From Candidatus Cloacimonadota bacterium (GTDB lineage: Bacteria > Cloacimonadota > Cloacimonadia > G963667145), in the NCBI GenBank assembly GCA_963676615.1, contig OY781092.1, positions 800,001-864,000 of the forward strand: a stretch of 64,000 bases of DNA. The letters are read 5' to 3'. Below, piece after piece: positions 62,578 to 64,000 of the stretch; positions within the stretch are counted from its first letter, which is position 1; every line of letters starts with the position of its first letter. The translations under genes and the position numbers were made by a program. Under the pieces are notes generated by a model that worked only from the letters and a program-made list of their open reading frames with translations, was not told where the DNA came from and ran no database searches.

Positions 62578-62709
62578 TACTTCCTCCTTTTTTTTGATTA
62601 ACAACTCAAAAGTTTACGCTTGGATTTTGTTGTCAATTTTTTATTTTATTTTGCAGAGCGTAGTCAAAGCAGAAACAGGGACGACTGGTCAAACAACGAC
62701 TACCAACCC

Positions 62710-63573
62710 TTCGTCATTGCGGGCAACGACCCGCAAAAGGCTTCGTTATTAGTCTGACACCAAAATAGTCTCTTAGCATTTGTTGCTTGTCTTTTGGTGT
62801 CAGGCAATCTTTACAAGAGTCGCAGAGTTTTTCTCTTATCAGAGGGCTTATTCGTTACCTTTTTTTGTCTGAACAAAAATAAGGTAACACCAAAAAAAAT
62901 CAAATCATAAACCAAAATTCTAACTTGCAAAACTCACTCGCAGTGGCTGTAGCAAAGGCTTTAAGATCAAGTCGGGCAGTCCTTTCGTAAGAGATTAAAT
63001 CCTTTGGACAGCCAGCTAACTTCAGTCGTTTGAGCAAGTTCACGAATTGAGTCTTGAATGATTGCTAACCCGCCTCGCCCGCTTGTGCGCCCAGTCTGGC
63101 GATAGGTCGGCGTTGGCTATCTTGCTTCATCTAAAACAGAGATACGCCAAAACCAACTACAAAAAACCAAAAAAGTTACGATAAATCACAGACTTACGAA
63201 CAATTACGGAAGTGCTCTCTTCCACGGAAATCTCTAAACACCTCTCGAAACTTCTCTGTTTTTTGAAGCAAGCGTCCTTTTCTGCTTCTCTTTTCGGACG
63301 CCCGAAAAGATGAAGACCAGTCTGGTAAGACATCATCTTTAACAGCATTCTGAAAAATGGGGGCTGGTTGGTGGCGGAATTATTTGCTTGTGCACTTCTC
63401 GTCCGTGCAGAGCAAGGAGTGCCTGGATTCCTGCCTGCGCAGGAATGAGGGGGAGGGGGGAGTTGGCGGCGGTTTTAACTATTACCTAATAACTAATACC
63501 TGCTTTGGAGCGCCAGCGACAAAGCAAAGCGGCGGCGGAATTATCAATCATCAATTGTAACTTATCAATTGCT
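62710..63573. repeat. Intergenic mosaic of palindromic modules
   Basis: CGTCATTGCGGGC...CCCGCAA hairpin (~62712), TCTGACACC hairpin, 161-bp hairpin (62903-63063), reverse REP (~63426), heptamer modules. Confidence 0.9.
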
Positions 63574-64000
63574 CTACAGCCTCAGCAGCAACTCACTCAC
63601 CAGATGATTGACCGCCCTCTGCCGAATAACATTTCGTTGCCCAGCCAAAATCTTGCTGAAACTCCGCATCTGCCCGCGATAGTACACGGCGAACCACACC
63701 AAACCAACTGGCTTCTCTTGGCTGCCGCCATCTGGACCAGCGATGCCCGTGATCGCCACCGTCAAATCAGCCGAAAATCGCTCTGCTGCGCCCTTTGCCA
63801 TCTGCTCCACAACCTCCTTACTTACAGCCCCAAAATCAGCTAGCGTTTTAGCGTCAACGCCCAAAATTTTCTCTTTAATTGCGTTTGCATAACTCACCAC
63901 TCCGCCAAGCAAATACGAAGAACTCCCTGCAAAATCAACCAGTTGGCTCGCCAGCATCCCGCCTGTGCAAGACTCCGCAATCGCCAAAGTAATCTTCTTT
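63574..64000 (-). CDS. CinA C-terminal / nicotinamide-nucleotide amidohydrolase (PncC) domain protein, 5' end outside window
   Basis: AIAESCTGG, GAVS, ITGIAGPDGG, KPVGLVW. Confidence 0.9.
   Translation of the reverse strand, partial: KKITLAIAESCTGGMLASQLVDFAGSSSYLLGGVVSYANAIKEKILGVDAKTLADFGAVSKEVVEQMAKGAAERFSADLTVAITGIAGPDGGSQEKPVGLVWFAVYYRGQMRSFSKILAGQRNVIRQRAVNHLVSELLLRL

Noticed and set aside
1..64000. tRNA, rRNA or riboswitch genes
   Set aside because: None recognised by eye; a covariance-model search would be needed to exclude them.

Overview
A 64-kb bacterial chromosomal window, probably from an anaerobe (rubrerythrin, superoxide reductase, flavodiiron protein, Mo-hydroxylases). Every real gene except one IS copy is on the minus strand. 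Left to right: a giant (>2900 aa) FN3 + InlB-B-repeat lipoprotein running off the left edge (missed by the ORF track); an M30-like peptidase; housekeeping genes (guaB, guaA, amidase, lysS, tsaE, thrC, dinB, argF, argD); a PerR-led oxidative-stress operon; and a 10-gene operon (carboxyltransferase, Mo-hydroxylase triad, UraA-type permease, AllH/AllF/AllG, cyclase-family hydrolase, GNAT) that I infer may be an oxidative pyrimidine-degradation route. A second Mo-hydroxylase triad follows. From ~43 kb to 63.6 kb is an accessory region: surface-protein genes, two IS256 copies, a duplicated small GIY-YIG nuclease and a DUF1640 gene, each separated by long intergenic mosaics. The mosaics are built from a shuffled library of palindromic modules (dRS3/REP-like hairpins, 52-bp and 161-bp hairpins, a ~455-bp degenerate palindrome, heptamer runs), and their right edges abut stop codons. 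The best candidates for something new are the GIY-YIG + REP-mosaic cassette system and the putative pyrimidine operon. All family assignments are from motif recognition by eye; no searches were run.
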